From Nanobdellota archaeon (lineage in GTDB: Archaea > Nanobdellota > Nanobdellia > Woesearchaeales > GW2011-AR4), in the NCBI GenBank assembly GCA_022565235.1, contig JADFJW010000001.1, forward strand, positions 1,135 through 65,134: 64,000 nucleotides of DNA, given 5' to 3'. Below are positions 47,694-58,411 of the stretch, in pieces. Every line of letters begins with the position of its first letter. Position 1 is the stretch's first letter. The notes below the pieces were generated by a model. The model was not told the origin of the DNA. It did not search any database and saw only the letters and a program-made list of their open reading frames with translations. The position numbers and the translations under genes are program-made.

Positions 47694-49280
47694 TTGAAAA
47701 CAAGACATAAAGGTGAGAGGGAAAAACATTCTGCCCATAAAGTAAAACATGAGCTTGGGAAGGGAAAGCACCCCCCAATTAGCATACCAAAAACTCAAAC
47801 AGCAGGCATCAAAATTATTTCTACTTACAAGTTTAGTTCCGGAGACATACCAATAACCATAAAGATATATACCAAAAAAGGTGAATTTGTCCCTATTTAT
47901 GATGTCTCTATATCCGGAATAAGCAAAAACACGGAAATAGTACTAGAAAAAATTATGGAAGAGCTGACTACGCAGGTAACTATAGGGATGACAGATATAT
48001 TAAATATCAAAGAAACTGATGTTATAGAAAAGAAGTTTACCATGGCTATAGGAATTTTGCTGAATAAGCATTTTCCTGATGCAGATGAGAAAACAGTGAA
48101 TTATTTAAAATCGTATTTAACGCAAAAAAGCTTAGGTCTTGGATCGATAGAAATTCTTATGGATGATACAAGCCTTGAGGAGGTTGCAATAAATTGCCAA
48201 GAAGAGCCTGTTTGGGTTTACCATATAAAATACGGGTGGTTAAAGACAACTATAATGATGCAAAGTGAGGAACAGATAAGGCATTACGCAGCTATGATAG
48301 GCAGGAGGATTGGACGGGCAATAACCATATTAGAGCCATTGATGGATGCACATCTTGCAGGAGGAGACAGAGTAAATGCCACCTTAGAGCCCATATCTGT
48401 CAAAGGCAATACCATAACCCTTAGAAAATTTGCGGCAAAGCCGTGGACAATAACAGATTTCATAAAGTCAGAGACGATATCAACAGGTGCTGCAGCTTTA
48501 ATATGGTTGGGTGTGCAATTTGAGCTGTCTACATTAATATCAGGCGGAACAGCTACAGGCAAGACTTCTATGCTTAATGTGGTTGCAAACTTTTTTCCTC
48601 CAAATCAACGTGTGATTAGTATAGAGGATACCCGGGAGATACGACTTCCTAAATTCCTGCACTGGATTCCCATGATAACAAGGCTGCCTAATCCAGAAGG
48701 CAAAGGAGAGATTTCAATGCTTGATTTACTCATTAATTCATTAAGAATGAGGCCTGACAGGATAATAGTCGGGGAGATAAGGAGGAAAAGGGAAGCTGAG
48801 GTTCTGTTTGAAGCTATACATACAGGACATTCTGTGTATGCTACTGTACATGCGAATGACACAAAAGAAACAGTAACGAGGCTTACCAACCCCCCAATAG
48901 ATATACCAAAAACAATGCTACCGGCTATTTCAATGATTGTTGTGCAGTACAGAAACAGAAGGACAGGCATTAGAAAGACATTCCAGATCTCTGAGATATT
49001 ACCCAACTCTGAAACTAATGTTCTTATCCAGCTGGATATAAAATCCGGGAAGTTGAGGAATATAAACAGGTCAAAAAGTTTGTATAATACGATTGAACTT
49101 TTTACGGGTTTTTCGAGAAATGAATTAAAAAAATCATTGCATGAAAAAGAAAATGTCCTTAAATGGCTTGTTAAGCAGAATATAAATACTGTCGATGGTG
49201 TAGGGAAAGTAATGGCAGAATATTATACCGATTCAGATAATCTGATGAAGTATGTTAAGAAGAATAAGCTATTAATGTGA
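47694..49280 (+). CDS. type II/IV secretion-system ATPase, archaeal FlaI/PilB-like
   Basis: Walker A GGTATGKTS, Asp box ISIEDTREIRL, Walker B RIIVGEIR and His box TGHSVYATVHAN, with an N-terminal FlaI-type domain. 528 aa. Confidence 0.85.
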   Translation: MKTRHKGEREKHSAHKVKHELGKGKHPPISIPKTQTAGIKIISTYKFSSGDIPITIKIYTKKGEFVPIYDVSISGISKNTEIVLEKIMEELTTQVTIGMTDILNIKETDVIEKKFTMAIGILLNKHFPDADEKTVNYLKSYLTQKSLGLGSIEILMDDTSLEEVAINCQEEPVWVYHIKYGWLKTTIMMQSEEQIRHYAAMIGRRIGRAITILEPLMDAHLAGGDRVNATLEPISVKGNTITLRKFAAKPWTITDFIKSETISTGAAALIWLGVQFELSTLISGGTATGKTSMLNVVANFFPPNQRVISIEDTREIRLPKFLHWIPMITRLPNPEGKGEISMLDLLINSLRMRPDRIIVGEIRRKREAEVLFEAIHTGHSVYATVHANDTKETVTRLTNPPIDIPKTMLPAISMIVVQYRNRRTGIRKTFQISEILPNSETNVLIQLDIKSGKLRNINRSKSLYNTIELFTGFSRNELKKSLHEKENVLKWLVKQNINTVDGVGKVMAEYYTDSDNLMKYVKKNKLLM

Positions 49281-49300
49281 AAATCTATCATTTATGTGAT

Positions 49301-51241
49301 TTATTGAGCGGGGGAAAATTTGTAGATATGACCATAGGTGGCAACTACATACAATGCTCCGCCAGAAAAAGATAAGTTTTTTATTTCTCTATCCAGTTGG
49401 ACAATACTACTAATATCGTTGTTTTCTCTATTAATGGCTAATACTTCCCTATTAGTTCCTGCAAAAAGTACATTATTTGTTAAAACCATTTCATTTATCT
49501 CATCTTCTAATTGAATGAGTGGCAATTCTCTAAATATGCCATCATCTAATGAAAATCTTGATATATTTTGACCATGGCTTGCATACACATCCGTCCCATC
49601 TGATACAATTGAAGTTACTTTGTCCTCAAAAGCACAATGATTAAGAACAATTTCTTTTTTGGTTATATCAAAAACTCCAATACAATATTCCTTACCAGAA
49701 TCTTTCCTAATTATAGGGTTAGACCAGATTAAAAAATTTCCAGCTAAAATAGTATTTCTGACAGCACTTACCTTGTCTTCCTCGTCTAAAAGTGAGGTTG
49801 CATTAATACTCCATCTCAAATTTCCGTTTTTTGATAGAGCATATATACCAAGTCCCCACGTTCTATTTCCTTCGACTTCAAATAAATTTCTACTTACAAT
49901 ATAGACTCCATCATCTGTAATTAAAGGGGAATTGTCCAATGTATGTCCAAAGTCAGAGAAACTCCAGTATGTTCTTCCATCTTGAATATTTATAGCTTTA
50001 AGTCTCACTCGATCCTGCATAATATATAATGTATCTCCATCAATTATTGGTGCACTAAGTGTTTCTGTTCTTGTTCTCCAAATAGTCCTCCCCCTAGAAT
50101 CGAGCGCTTGATACTCACAACATTGTGGTCTTCCCTATAGGGGCACAATTAATATATCTTCTGTAACTGCTGGTCCAATTCTTGGAGGACCATAATACAT
50201 CTCTATTCTCTGTTCTATGTCTCCATTTTGTGCATTTAATACATAAAGTTCGTCATCTTCATCACCAATATATATTCTATCTCCCAATATAGCTGGTCGG
50301 GAAGCAGTCATATTTTTAATTTCTATTTCCCAATCTTTTTCTAATGGTAAACTAACATCCACATCAATATAACCCGAATTATTTGGACCTTTATGCATTG
50401 TCCAGTCTAATGGATTTGTTTGTATTCTGCCTGAAAACTGTGTTTTAAGTTCTTCAAATACTTGCTTATCTATATCAGGATTTGGTAGTGGTATTAATTC
50501 ACCAGTTGGTCCTTGTTGATAAAATTCTTCTTCAGCTGGAACATGAGTTCCTTGATAACCAAGTTGACTTTGTTGGAATATTGAAAAATCCTCTAACGGG
50601 ACATAAGGAGTTAAACTTCCATCTATAGTACTTTCAATAAAATTGGGTAACTTGGTAAGATTCAAATTTACAAGACTTGCTAATGATACTGTCCAATGGA
50701 TATCTTCCTTAAAACGAACAAATTTCATATAAGTAACTACATCAGTATTATTGAAAACATATTCTTCTAAACTGCTAGAAGGTTCTTTGAAAGGGAATAT
50801 CATTTTATAAGTCGATATATCTGCTGCTTCTGAAGCTTGAGGGGTCATTATTAGTTCCTCAGGTGATGGAAATGTAATTATGATTGTAGGAGCTGGTGTT
50901 GCTCTAGAAGGGGGTGCAGGAGTGTTTGTAGGAGTAGCAGTAGGTACAGAGCCGCTGCTACAAGCTGCTACTACAGCTAGTAAGCCTGTAGCAAATCCCA
51001 TTTTAACAGGAGTTGGAACATGAGAAAAAATATTACTAGCAATATGACGAGCATAATCTAAAAAACCGTGACTGTTATTTACAGAATAATCATCAACTAT
51101 AGGAATACCCTCAACAATATTTTCTAAAGCCTCAATTTCACTAGTATTGTTGGGATTGTTCAACAATGGATTTAGCTCTTTGCTGTGTCTATCATACCAA
51201 GGTTTAGCCCAAGGTGTATTGTGTTTTATTATAACCACCAA
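49301..51241 (-). pseudogene. PQQ-repeat beta-propeller lipoprotein gene interrupted by a single in-frame TAG (nonsense mutation or read-through)
   Basis: ORFs 50135-51241 and 49301-50020 are in the same frame. The only break is the TAG at 50135-50137. The translation across it, ...EDILIVPL*GRPQCCEYQALDSRGRTIWR...SAPIIDGDTLYIMQDRVRL..., continues the PQQ blade pattern. The N-terminal half has a lipoprotein signal MGFATGLLAVVAACSSG and a T/P-rich linker. Confidence 0.6.
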
Positions 51242-51343
51242 CTAAACTGCAGAAAATGAGAGGTATTTAAACCTTTCTAACATATATTTACAATAAAGTG
51301 GTAAAACAACCCTATTGTTTTGCCCCATTTAAAGAAAAAAGAA

Positions 51344-52765
51344 TTAATACCTATAGTTATCCGGCTTATACGGCCCTTTTAGGGGGATATCTATATATTC
51401 TGCTTGTTCTTTGCTAAGATTTGTCAGGCTGATGCCTAATTTCTCTAAATGCAGTCTTGCAACTTCTTCATCCAATATTTTAGGCAAAACATAGACTCCG
51501 ATATTATATTTATTCTTCCAAAGCTCCATTTGCGCCAAAACCTGATTAGTAAATGAATTGCTCATGACAAAAGAAGGGTGTCCGGTGGCGCAGCCCAAGT
51601 TAACCAAACGACCTTCTGCAAGCAGGAATATTTCGTGGCCATCAGGGAAAACATATTTATCAACTTGAGGCTTTATGTTAATTTTTTTAACATCAGAAGC
51701 TTCATCAAGTTCTGCTACTTGGATTTCGTTATCAAAATGGCCAATATTGCAGATAATTGCCTGGTCTTTCATACCTTTCATATGTTCATATCTGATAATA
51801 TCTTTATTTCCGGTTGCAGTAATGTAAATATTCGCTTCATCTAATGTTTCTTCAATGGTCTTGACTTCAAAACCCTCCATAGCCGCCTGTAGCGCGCAGA
51901 TAGGGTCTATTTCAGTTATTATTACCCTAGCGCCAAAACCTTTCATGGATTGCGCGCAGCCCTTACCAACATCACCATAACCGCACACAACAACAGTTTT
52001 TCCAGCTATCATTACATCTGTTGCACGTTTTATTCCATCCGCTAGACTTTCCCTAACCCCATAAAGATTGTCGAATTTTGATTTTGTCACAGAGTCATTT
52101 ACATTGATTGCAGGGAACAGTAATTTCTTATCTTTCATCATCTGATACAGCCTATGAACTCCAGTAGTTGTTTCTTCAGAAACTCCTTTGATTTCTTTTA
52201 CCATATTGTTCCATTGATTTTTGTCTTCTAAATAACATTCCTTAAGGCATGCCATCATTTCCCTAAAATCATCCCCTTCGTCTCCATAGTTTCTGTCTAG
52301 AATAGAGGGATCTTTTTCTACTTCCACGCCTTTGTGAATCATCAAAGTAGCATCTCCTCCATCATCAACTATCAGCTGAGGACCTTTACCTGCACTAAAG
52401 TCCAATGCTTTTTTAGCGTAGTTCCAGTAATCCTTTAAGGATTCTCCTTTCCACGCAAATACAGGGATTCCTGCTTTGGCAATTGCCGCGGCAGCATGAT
52501 CCTGAGTAGAGAAAATATTGCATGAAGCCCATCGTACGTTAGCTCCCAGTGAGGTCAAAGTTTCTATCAAAACAGCGGTTTGCACGGTCATGTGCAAACT
52601 TCCGGTTATCCTGACATCTTTAAGCGGTTTTTTCTTTCCATATTTTTCCCTTACCGCCATTAGTCCGGGCATCTCCTTTTCAGCTATCTCTATCTCTTTT
52701 CTTCCGAAATCTGCCAGTTTTATATCCTTGACTTCATAATTTTCTGTTTTGTCCATTTTAATCAC
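51344..52765 (-). CDS. ahcY: adenosylhomocysteinase
   Basis: NAD-binding [19 protein letters not shown] and the substrate domain are present. 473 aa. Confidence 0.9.
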   Translation of the reverse strand: MIKMDKTENYEVKDIKLADFGRKEIEIAEKEMPGLMAVREKYGKKKPLKDVRITGSLHMTVQTAVLIETLTSLGANVRWASCNIFSTQDHAAAAIAKAGIPVFAWKGESLKDYWNYAKKALDFSAGKGPQLIVDDGGDATLMIHKGVEVEKDPSILDRNYGDEGDDFREMMACLKECYLEDKNQWNNMVKEIKGVSEETTTGVHRLYQMMKDKKLLFPAINVNDSVTKSKFDNLYGVRESLADGIKRATDVMIAGKTVVVCGYGDVGKGCAQSMKGFGARVIITEIDPICALQAAMEGFEVKTIEETLDEANIYITATGNKDIIRYEHMKGMKDQAIICNIGHFDNEIQVAELDEASDVKKINIKPQVDKYVFPDGHEIFLLAEGRLVNLGCATGHPSFVMSNSFTNQVLAQMELWKNKYNIGVYVLPKILDEEVARLHLEKLGISLTNLSKEQAEYIDIPLKGPYKPDNYRY

Positions 52766-52902
52766 TAATATGGTGTATTTATTGGATATTTATATACTTT
52801 TTTGTTAAAATAGTGGAAAATTTCTACTAATTTATCATTTTTATGCATAATAATAGTAATATTTATATATTATATGGATAATTTCTTAAAATCGGATGCT
52901 TA

Positions 52903-53334
52903 ATGGAACTTGACAATAAAGACAATAAGATTATTGGAATACTAAAAGAAGATTCGAGAGAACCCCTCAAGATAATAGCGAAAAAAACTGGTATAAGGCC
53001 AAGCACCGTTCATCAAAGGATTCAAAAACTGATAAAATGTAGGGTAATTGAGAAATTCACTATAAAACTTAATAATAAGGCCATTGGCGAGAACTTCATT
53101 GCATTCTTATTGATTAAAGGGACAACATCAGATTATATCAACAATAAATTCCTAAATACAAAAAACGTCAAAGAGGTTTTTGGAGTTACAGGGGAATATG
53201 ATGTTATGGTTAAGTTAAAATTCAAGGATGTTGAAGAATTTAATGATTTTATTATAAGTTTCAGGAAAGAGATGAAAGGTGTGGGAGCAACTTTGACAAT
53301 GGTTGTAACTGCAAATATAAAAGAGGAATTCTGA
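52903..53334 (+). CDS. Lrp/AsnC family transcriptional regulator
   Basis: N-terminal HTH DNKIIGILKEDSREPLKIIAKKTGIRPSTVHQRIQKL plus a C-terminal RAM domain. Confidence 0.85.
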   Translation: MELDNKDNKIIGILKEDSREPLKIIAKKTGIRPSTVHQRIQKLIKCRVIEKFTIKLNNKAIGENFIAFLLIKGTTSDYINNKFLNTKNVKEVFGVTGEYDVMVKLKFKDVEEFNDFIISFRKEMKGVGATLTMVVTANIKEEF

Positions 53335-53335
53335 T

Positions 53336-54244
53336 TTAAAACTTCCCCATATCCCTAAATTCTTTATACCTTCCTTCTATGTCTTTGCTATTGATATTGC
53401 GCAGTCTTTCTATAGAAAAATCTTCCGCATTAAAGGATGCCAATACGCTGCCATATACGACTGCTTTTCTTAAATTTGTCTCGCTTAAATCTTTAGTCTT
53501 GGATAAGTAGCCTATTAAGGCACCGCCAAAGCTATCTCCACAACCTGTCGGATCTTTTATGTTTTCTAAAGGGTATCCCGGAGCATTAAAGTATTTGCTG
53601 CCCGTAAATAATAATGCGCCATGCTCACCTTTTTTTATAATGACGGCGCGGGTGTGCAGCTTTAATGCCGCATTCGCCGCTTTCACCAGGTTCGGTGTAT
53701 CAAATAACTGCCTAGCTTCACTATCATTAAGAACGAGTATGTCTGCTTTGCCTATTGTTTTAAGCAGCTGTTCGCGCTTATGCTCAATCCAGAAATTCAT
53801 TGTGTCCATAACAACCAGCTCCGGCTTTTTTATGGAATTTAATACTTCTAGTTGCAGTTCTGGGTCTATGTTTGCAAGAAAAACGTATTTTGCGCCCTTA
53901 TAATCATCCGGAACCTGTACATTATATGACTCCAAGGCATTTAGCTCTGTTTTAATGGTTTTCGCTTCATTCATGTCAAATTCATAAAATCCTTTCCACC
54001 TGAATGTTTTATTGCCGGTTACTATGCCAGAAGTATTTATGCCCCTTTGATTAAGGAATTCTATATGCTTCTTAGGAAAATCTTTTCCAATAATTGACAA
54101 AATGCCCGGATTTGAGAAAAAAGAAGCAGCTATAGAAGCGTAACTGGCAGATCCTCCAAGTACATCATCAACTTTTCCAAAAGGTGTTTCCAATGAGTCT
54201 AAAGCGACTGTACCTATGATTATAGGGTCTATCATAATGGACAA
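53336..54244 (-). CDS. PfkB-family carbohydrate/nucleoside kinase
   Basis: The C-terminal DPTGCGDSFGGALIGYL motif (DTxGAGD type) and the N-terminal GG substrate motif region are present. Confidence 0.8.
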   Translation of the reverse strand: MSIMIDPIIIGTVALDSLETPFGKVDDVLGGSASYASIAASFFSNPGILSIIGKDFPKKHIEFLNQRGINTSGIVTGNKTFRWKGFYEFDMNEAKTIKTELNALESYNVQVPDDYKGAKYVFLANIDPELQLEVLNSIKKPELVVMDTMNFWIEHKREQLLKTIGKADILVLNDSEARQLFDTPNLVKAANAALKLHTRAVIIKKGEHGALLFTGSKYFNAPGYPLENIKDPTGCGDSFGGALIGYLSKTKDLSETNLRKAVVYGSVLASFNAEDFSIERLRNINSKDIEGRYKEFRDMGKF

Positions 54245-54344
54245 TGAAAATAAGGGTATGTTTAAAAATTTTTATAATTTTAGTATGACTAAACAAAAGA
54301 TTTAATAATATATATAGAACTAATTATGTAAAAAGAGGTTAGTA

Positions 54345-55112
54345 ATGGCAAATACGAATTTCAGAAGTTTCATATTTGGGGTTTTTCTTCTTGCTGCCAT
54401 TATTTTGGCAGGAACTTATGCTTTTAGTGTAATAGAGGGCGTGGATTTATTTAATTCATTATATCATGTTGTTTTAATAGTAACGACTGTGGGTACACAA
54501 TTTGAGGTTGCAACTTTTTACGGTAAAATATTGGTCATGGTATTATTGGCTTTTGGGATCGGCCTTGTGCTTTATATTGCTATATTCCTAGGCGGCGTCA
54601 TTATAGAAGGCCAAACTAGATTATTATTAGGAGGAATAAAAGGAGGCTTGGTTAGAATGAGAAAGGAAAGAAATCATACTATTGTATGCGGTTATGGAAA
54701 ATTGGGAAAATATGTTTGTAACACATTAAAAGAAAAAAAGCAGAAATATTTAATTATTGAAAAAAATGTAGATAAGTGCACCGGACTTATATCTAGTGGG
54801 GAAAACGTGCTGCAGGGTGATGCCTTGGATCCGGAAGTGCTCAAAAAAGCAGGTATTAAGAAAGCAAAAGGCCTGATTGCTACGTTAGGGGAAGATGCTG
54901 ATAATATGTACCTTATTATGACTGCTTCTGACCTTAATCCTGAACTTTATTTAGCGGCAAAAGCTGAGGACGAGCATGCTGTTGACAGGCTGCATAAAGT
55001 AGGCGCTAAAATAGTTGTTCTGCCGCAAGTTGTCGGAGGAAAACAGCTTGCAGATGCATTTTTGGATATAGAAAAAACAGAGGAGTTGGAAACTGTTAGT
55101 AAAGAGAAATAA
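54345..55112 (+). CDS. two-TM ion channel with C-terminal RCK/TrkA-N domain (MthK-like), atypical pore sequence
   Basis: TM1-pore-TM2 with TTVGTQFEV where TVGYGD would be expected. The RCK domain is IVCGYGKLGKYVCNTLKEKKQKYLIIEKN. Confidence 0.65.
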   Translation: MANTNFRSFIFGVFLLAAIILAGTYAFSVIEGVDLFNSLYHVVLIVTTVGTQFEVATFYGKILVMVLLAFGIGLVLYIAIFLGGVIIEGQTRLLLGGIKGGLVRMRKERNHTIVCGYGKLGKYVCNTLKEKKQKYLIIEKNVDKCTGLISSGENVLQGDALDPEVLKKAGIKKAKGLIATLGEDADNMYLIMTASDLNPELYLAAKAEDEHAVDRLHKVGAKIVVLPQVVGGKQLADAFLDIEKTEELETVSKEK

Positions 55113-55145
55113 ACATTTATATATGACTAGCTTTTTTCTTAAAAT

Positions 55146-56144
55146 ATGGATTATAAAGCAGTTAATAGTTTCATAAAAAGAAATTTTAAGCATTTTAATT
55201 CAGCTGTGATTGTGGATGCTTCTAAAGCATATGTTAATTTTCTTGATTCTGGCGGTAAGATGTTTATGGTTCTGGCTGGAGCCATGTCGACTGCAGAACT
55301 TGGGATAAGTTTAGCGGAGATGATCAGGCAAGGAAAGGTTCATGCAATATGCTGCACTGGAGCAAATTTAGAAGAGGATTTATTCAATCTTGTAGCAAAT
55401 AAACATTACAAGCGCATTCCAAACTATCGTGAGTTAAGACCGGAAGATGAAAAGAAATTGTTTGATGAGCATATGAACAGAGTTACAGATACGTGCATAC
55501 CTGAAGAAGAAGCCATGCGCAGGATAGAGAAACAAATTTTCAAGCTTTGGAAGAAAGCTGATGAAAATAATGAAAGATATTTCCCGTATGAGTACATGTA
55601 TCAGATCATTAAAAGTGGTTCATTAAAAGAATTTTATCAGATAGACACTAAAGATTCCTGGCTGGTAGCTGCTTGTGAAAAAAACTTGCCTATCTGGACT
55701 CCAGGATGGGAAGATTCTACATTAGGAAATATTTTTGTGGCTTTAACAAAAGAAGGTGGAAGGAATTATTATGGAGAACAGATTAAGAATATACAAACGG
55801 TCAAATCCGGATTAGAGCAGATGTCCTTTTTGATTGATTGGTATAAAGAAAATTCCAAAGATTCTTCAATAGGATTTTTTCAGATTGGCGGGGGCATTGC
55901 AGGAGATTTTCCGATTTGTGTTGTTCCACTTATTCAACAGGATCTTAATGAGGAATGCAGATTGTGGGGATACTTCTGCCAGATAAGTGACAGCACGACT
56001 TCTTATGGCAGCTACAGCGGCGCTGTACCGAATGAGAAGATTACTTGGGGCAAGTTAGCTGTGGATACTCCTAAGTTTGTCATAGAATCCGATGCTACTA
56101 TCGTCGCTCCGCTGATATTTGCCTATATTCTTGGTGAACAATGA
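55146..56144 (+). CDS. dys: deoxyhypusine synthase
   Basis: MVLAGAMSTAELG...ICCTGANLEEDLFN is present, with DHS-family length (332 aa). Confidence 0.85.
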   Translation: MDYKAVNSFIKRNFKHFNSAVIVDASKAYVNFLDSGGKMFMVLAGAMSTAELGISLAEMIRQGKVHAICCTGANLEEDLFNLVANKHYKRIPNYRELRPEDEKKLFDEHMNRVTDTCIPEEEAMRRIEKQIFKLWKKADENNERYFPYEYMYQIIKSGSLKEFYQIDTKDSWLVAACEKNLPIWTPGWEDSTLGNIFVALTKEGGRNYYGEQIKNIQTVKSGLEQMSFLIDWYKENSKDSSIGFFQIGGGIAGDFPICVVPLIQQDLNEECRLWGYFCQISDSTTSYGSYSGAVPNEKITWGKLAVDTPKFVIESDATIVAPLIFAYILGEQ

Positions 56145-56184
56145 AAATCCCAAATTTTATAAGAAATTGTTGAGATTTTCAAGG

Positions 56185-56202
56185 TTTCAAACAAGTTTGA
56201 AA
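56185..56202 (+). terminator. hairpin gtttcaaac-aa-gtttgaaac after the dys stop
   Basis: A perfect 9-bp inverted repeat 40 nt after the stop, followed by an A-rich tract. Confidence 0.35.
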
Positions 56203-56204
56203 CA

Positions 56205-56430
56205 AATAAAACGCCGACGCCCGGACTTTCACCAACCTTTCCGATAAGAAAGCCTGATTTTGGTCAAGCTTTTGCGGTGACCCGCGACGAGCGAAGCGAG
56301 TTCGCTCGCAATTCACGGAAAAGATTGTTTTGAACCGGGATACCCTTGCGGGAATCAGCTGTCTTTCAATGTAATTAGCTCAAGGCTGACGCAATGCCAG
56401 GTTATGCGACGTCGGCAGTTGTTGTAGAAT
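56205..56430 (+). repeat. family-2 GC-rich structured intergenic element, copy C
   Basis: It shares aaagccYgattttggtcRagc...cttttgcg...cggaaaagatYgttt.gaacc with 61275-61510. The internal hairpin gagcgaa-gcgag-ttcgctc also appears in copy E. GC is far above the local background. Confidence 0.6.
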
Positions 56431-56476
56431 TATAGAAGTTTGTATTTTATTTAAAGTTAACTGATATGAGTAGTAT

Positions 56477-58411
56477 TTATTTTTTCCTGAAAATCTTTCC
56501 AAAGAATCCTTTAGTCTGTTTTTCATTTTCTGGGGGGATTCCAATACCTCTTATTTGTTTTTCCAGCTCCCTATATTCTATATCTTCACTTAGACCGTAA
56601 TCAGTTTTCGTGCTTTTATTATCTTTTTTCCTGAAAATACCGGATAAAGATTCTTTTATCATCTGCATTTTTTCTCCACGGATATTGCTTCTCAATTCAT
56701 TTCCAGTGGCATTTTTTACTTTCTCCGGTTTCTTGGACTTTTTTCTTTTAAATATAACCAGAATAATCAAAATAAAAATTGAGGCTGCTATGTAAGCGAT
56801 TATTGTAAATGCTTTGATTGGAGATTCTTTCTCATCTTCCAATGTTGTTACAAGTATCTCTTCCTCACTAGTTTCTCTTTTCTCTGATTCATCAACTATT
56901 TCTCTGGTTTCTTCTGTTCCTAACAGGACTTCCTCAGATTCCTCTTGCTTCTCTTCTTCAATTTCCTGCTCTTCCCCTATCAGGGTTTCTTCATCAATAA
57001 CTTCTTCAACCTTTGTTTCTTCTACTTTAGGAATTTCTATTATTATGTTGTCCCTTGCAATAAAGATCTGATTGCTTGCTGATTCATAAGTTGCAGTTAT
57101 ATTAAAATAATAAATTTCGTCCAATGGTGGCGTGATAATTGAAGAATCAAAAATCGTAATGGTTTCAAGCGATCTTATCTGCCCGTATGCTTTTGAATAG
57201 TCCTGGACACCGGGAATATTTGTATGATAATCTATTTTAACATTCAAAAAATCATTATCAGAACTCGGGTTCTTCATATATGCATTAAGCCTTACCCTCT
57301 GGTCTGGCACTGTAATTTGCTGTAAAAAAACATGCTGGATAGAAGGGCAATCGCAATAGATTTCTATATCGGATTCTTTTTTTGCAGATCTTGAGAATGT
57401 GGTTATTTTATAGCTTGCTTCTGTCACTACAGTATAGCTTGCAGCCCTATTTCCCTGAAGTTCCAATAAAAATTCTTTATTTGCATTCGGTGCCAGGGTG
57501 CCACCCCAGCTAATCATTTGATTATTTTGAGTTACTTCTTTAGGTTTTTTAATAATCAAAAGTTTTTCAGGTATTTTTATTTTAAAATTTGTTATTCTTA
57601 AATCATATTGGTCATTTATATTCTCAATATCAATTATAAGGTCAAATTTTTCATAAATATCTAATTTGCTCTTATTCAGCTTATAGCTTATTTCCAATGA
57701 ATAATTGTATACTTTGCCACTGATTATATTTGAAGTTGCATTTATCTTCTCTATCCCATCAAAATAGGAAACATCTGCAGTTAGGTCAAAATCGTTTCCA
57801 GCCAATCCCCTTATTTTGTAAGTGCATTTCCTAATTTGAGCTGAATGCACATCACCCCGGAATATAATGCTACCAGAGGTTTTTTTACATCCTTCTGTAT
57901 CTGTAACTAAAACAGAAGATGGAATTTTAATTGATGCCACAACATCCTCCGCAGTAATACCTGCAGTATTTTCAATGATCAGTTCTGCAGTTGTCTCCTC
58001 ATCTATCAGAATATTATTTTTTCCAATTGTGTTGGTTATATCTAATTTCGCTTTAATCTGGTATATATTTACAAACGTCTTATACACATCTGTATAGTCC
58101 TCAAGATTCCTATAAGAAAATGAAATATTAGATATGCATATATTAAAATTTCCTGCTATCTTACATTCTCCTCCGGATATTATTACAGCGACATCATCAA
58201 TAATGTCTGCAATAACTTTGTTGCTTACAGAATCTATTCTGAATTTGAAGGCTTTTCCGGATACCTCTATAAGATCTTTATCCTCGACGGTTCCCGAATA
58301 AACATTCTCCCCATAGATTGAGTAAACGCCAGGCATTAAGATAAGTAAAAGGATTATAGAAAATGCAGAAAAGATACCTCTTTTTTTCATCTTAACTTTT
58401 TTCTTCTTCAT
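56477..58411 (-). CDS. large surface protein with signal peptide, acidic stalk, C-terminal TM anchor and cytoplasmic tail
   Basis: N-terminal MKKRGIFSAFSIILLLILMPGVYS, then an E-rich stalk (EEVIDEETLIGEEQEIEEEKQEESEE...) and TM IIAYIAASIFILIILVIF. 644 aa. Confidence 0.6.
   Translation of the reverse strand: MKKKKVKMKKRGIFSAFSIILLLILMPGVYSIYGENVYSGTVEDKDLIEVSGKAFKFRIDSVSNKVIADIIDDVAVIISGGECKIAGNFNICISNISFSYRNLEDYTDVYKTFVNIYQIKAKLDITNTIGKNNILIDEETTAELIIENTAGITAEDVVASIKIPSSVLVTDTEGCKKTSGSIIFRGDVHSAQIRKCTYKIRGLAGNDFDLTADVSYFDGIEKINATSNIISGKVYNYSLEISYKLNKSKLDIYEKFDLIIDIENINDQYDLRITNFKIKIPEKLLIIKKPKEVTQNNQMISWGGTLAPNANKEFLLELQGNRAASYTVVTEASYKITTFSRSAKKESDIEIYCDCPSIQHVFLQQITVPDQRVRLNAYMKNPSSDNDFLNVKIDYHTNIPGVQDYSKAYGQIRSLETITIFDSSIITPPLDEIYYFNITATYESASNQIFIARDNIIIEIPKVEETKVEEVIDEETLIGEEQEIEEEKQEESEEVLLGTEETREIVDESEKRETSEEEILVTTLEDEKESPIKAFTIIAYIAASIFILIILVIFKRKKSKKPEKVKNATGNELRSNIRGEKMQMIKESLSGIFRKKDNKSTKTDYGLSEDIEYRELEKQIRGIGIPPENEKQTKGFFGKIFRKK

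Noticed and set aside
46511-47785. Minus-strand ORFs 46511-47194 (227 aa), 47025-47237 and 47324-47785
   Set aside because: They are antisense to the coiled-coil gene. The S/F/L-rich low-complexity products are a mirror of its K/E-rich codons.
50045-50047. A second in-frame stop (TAA) in the PQQ propeller gene
   Set aside because: On re-indexing, the codon is TAT (reverse complement ATA, Ile). Only the TAG at 50135-50137 interrupts the frame.
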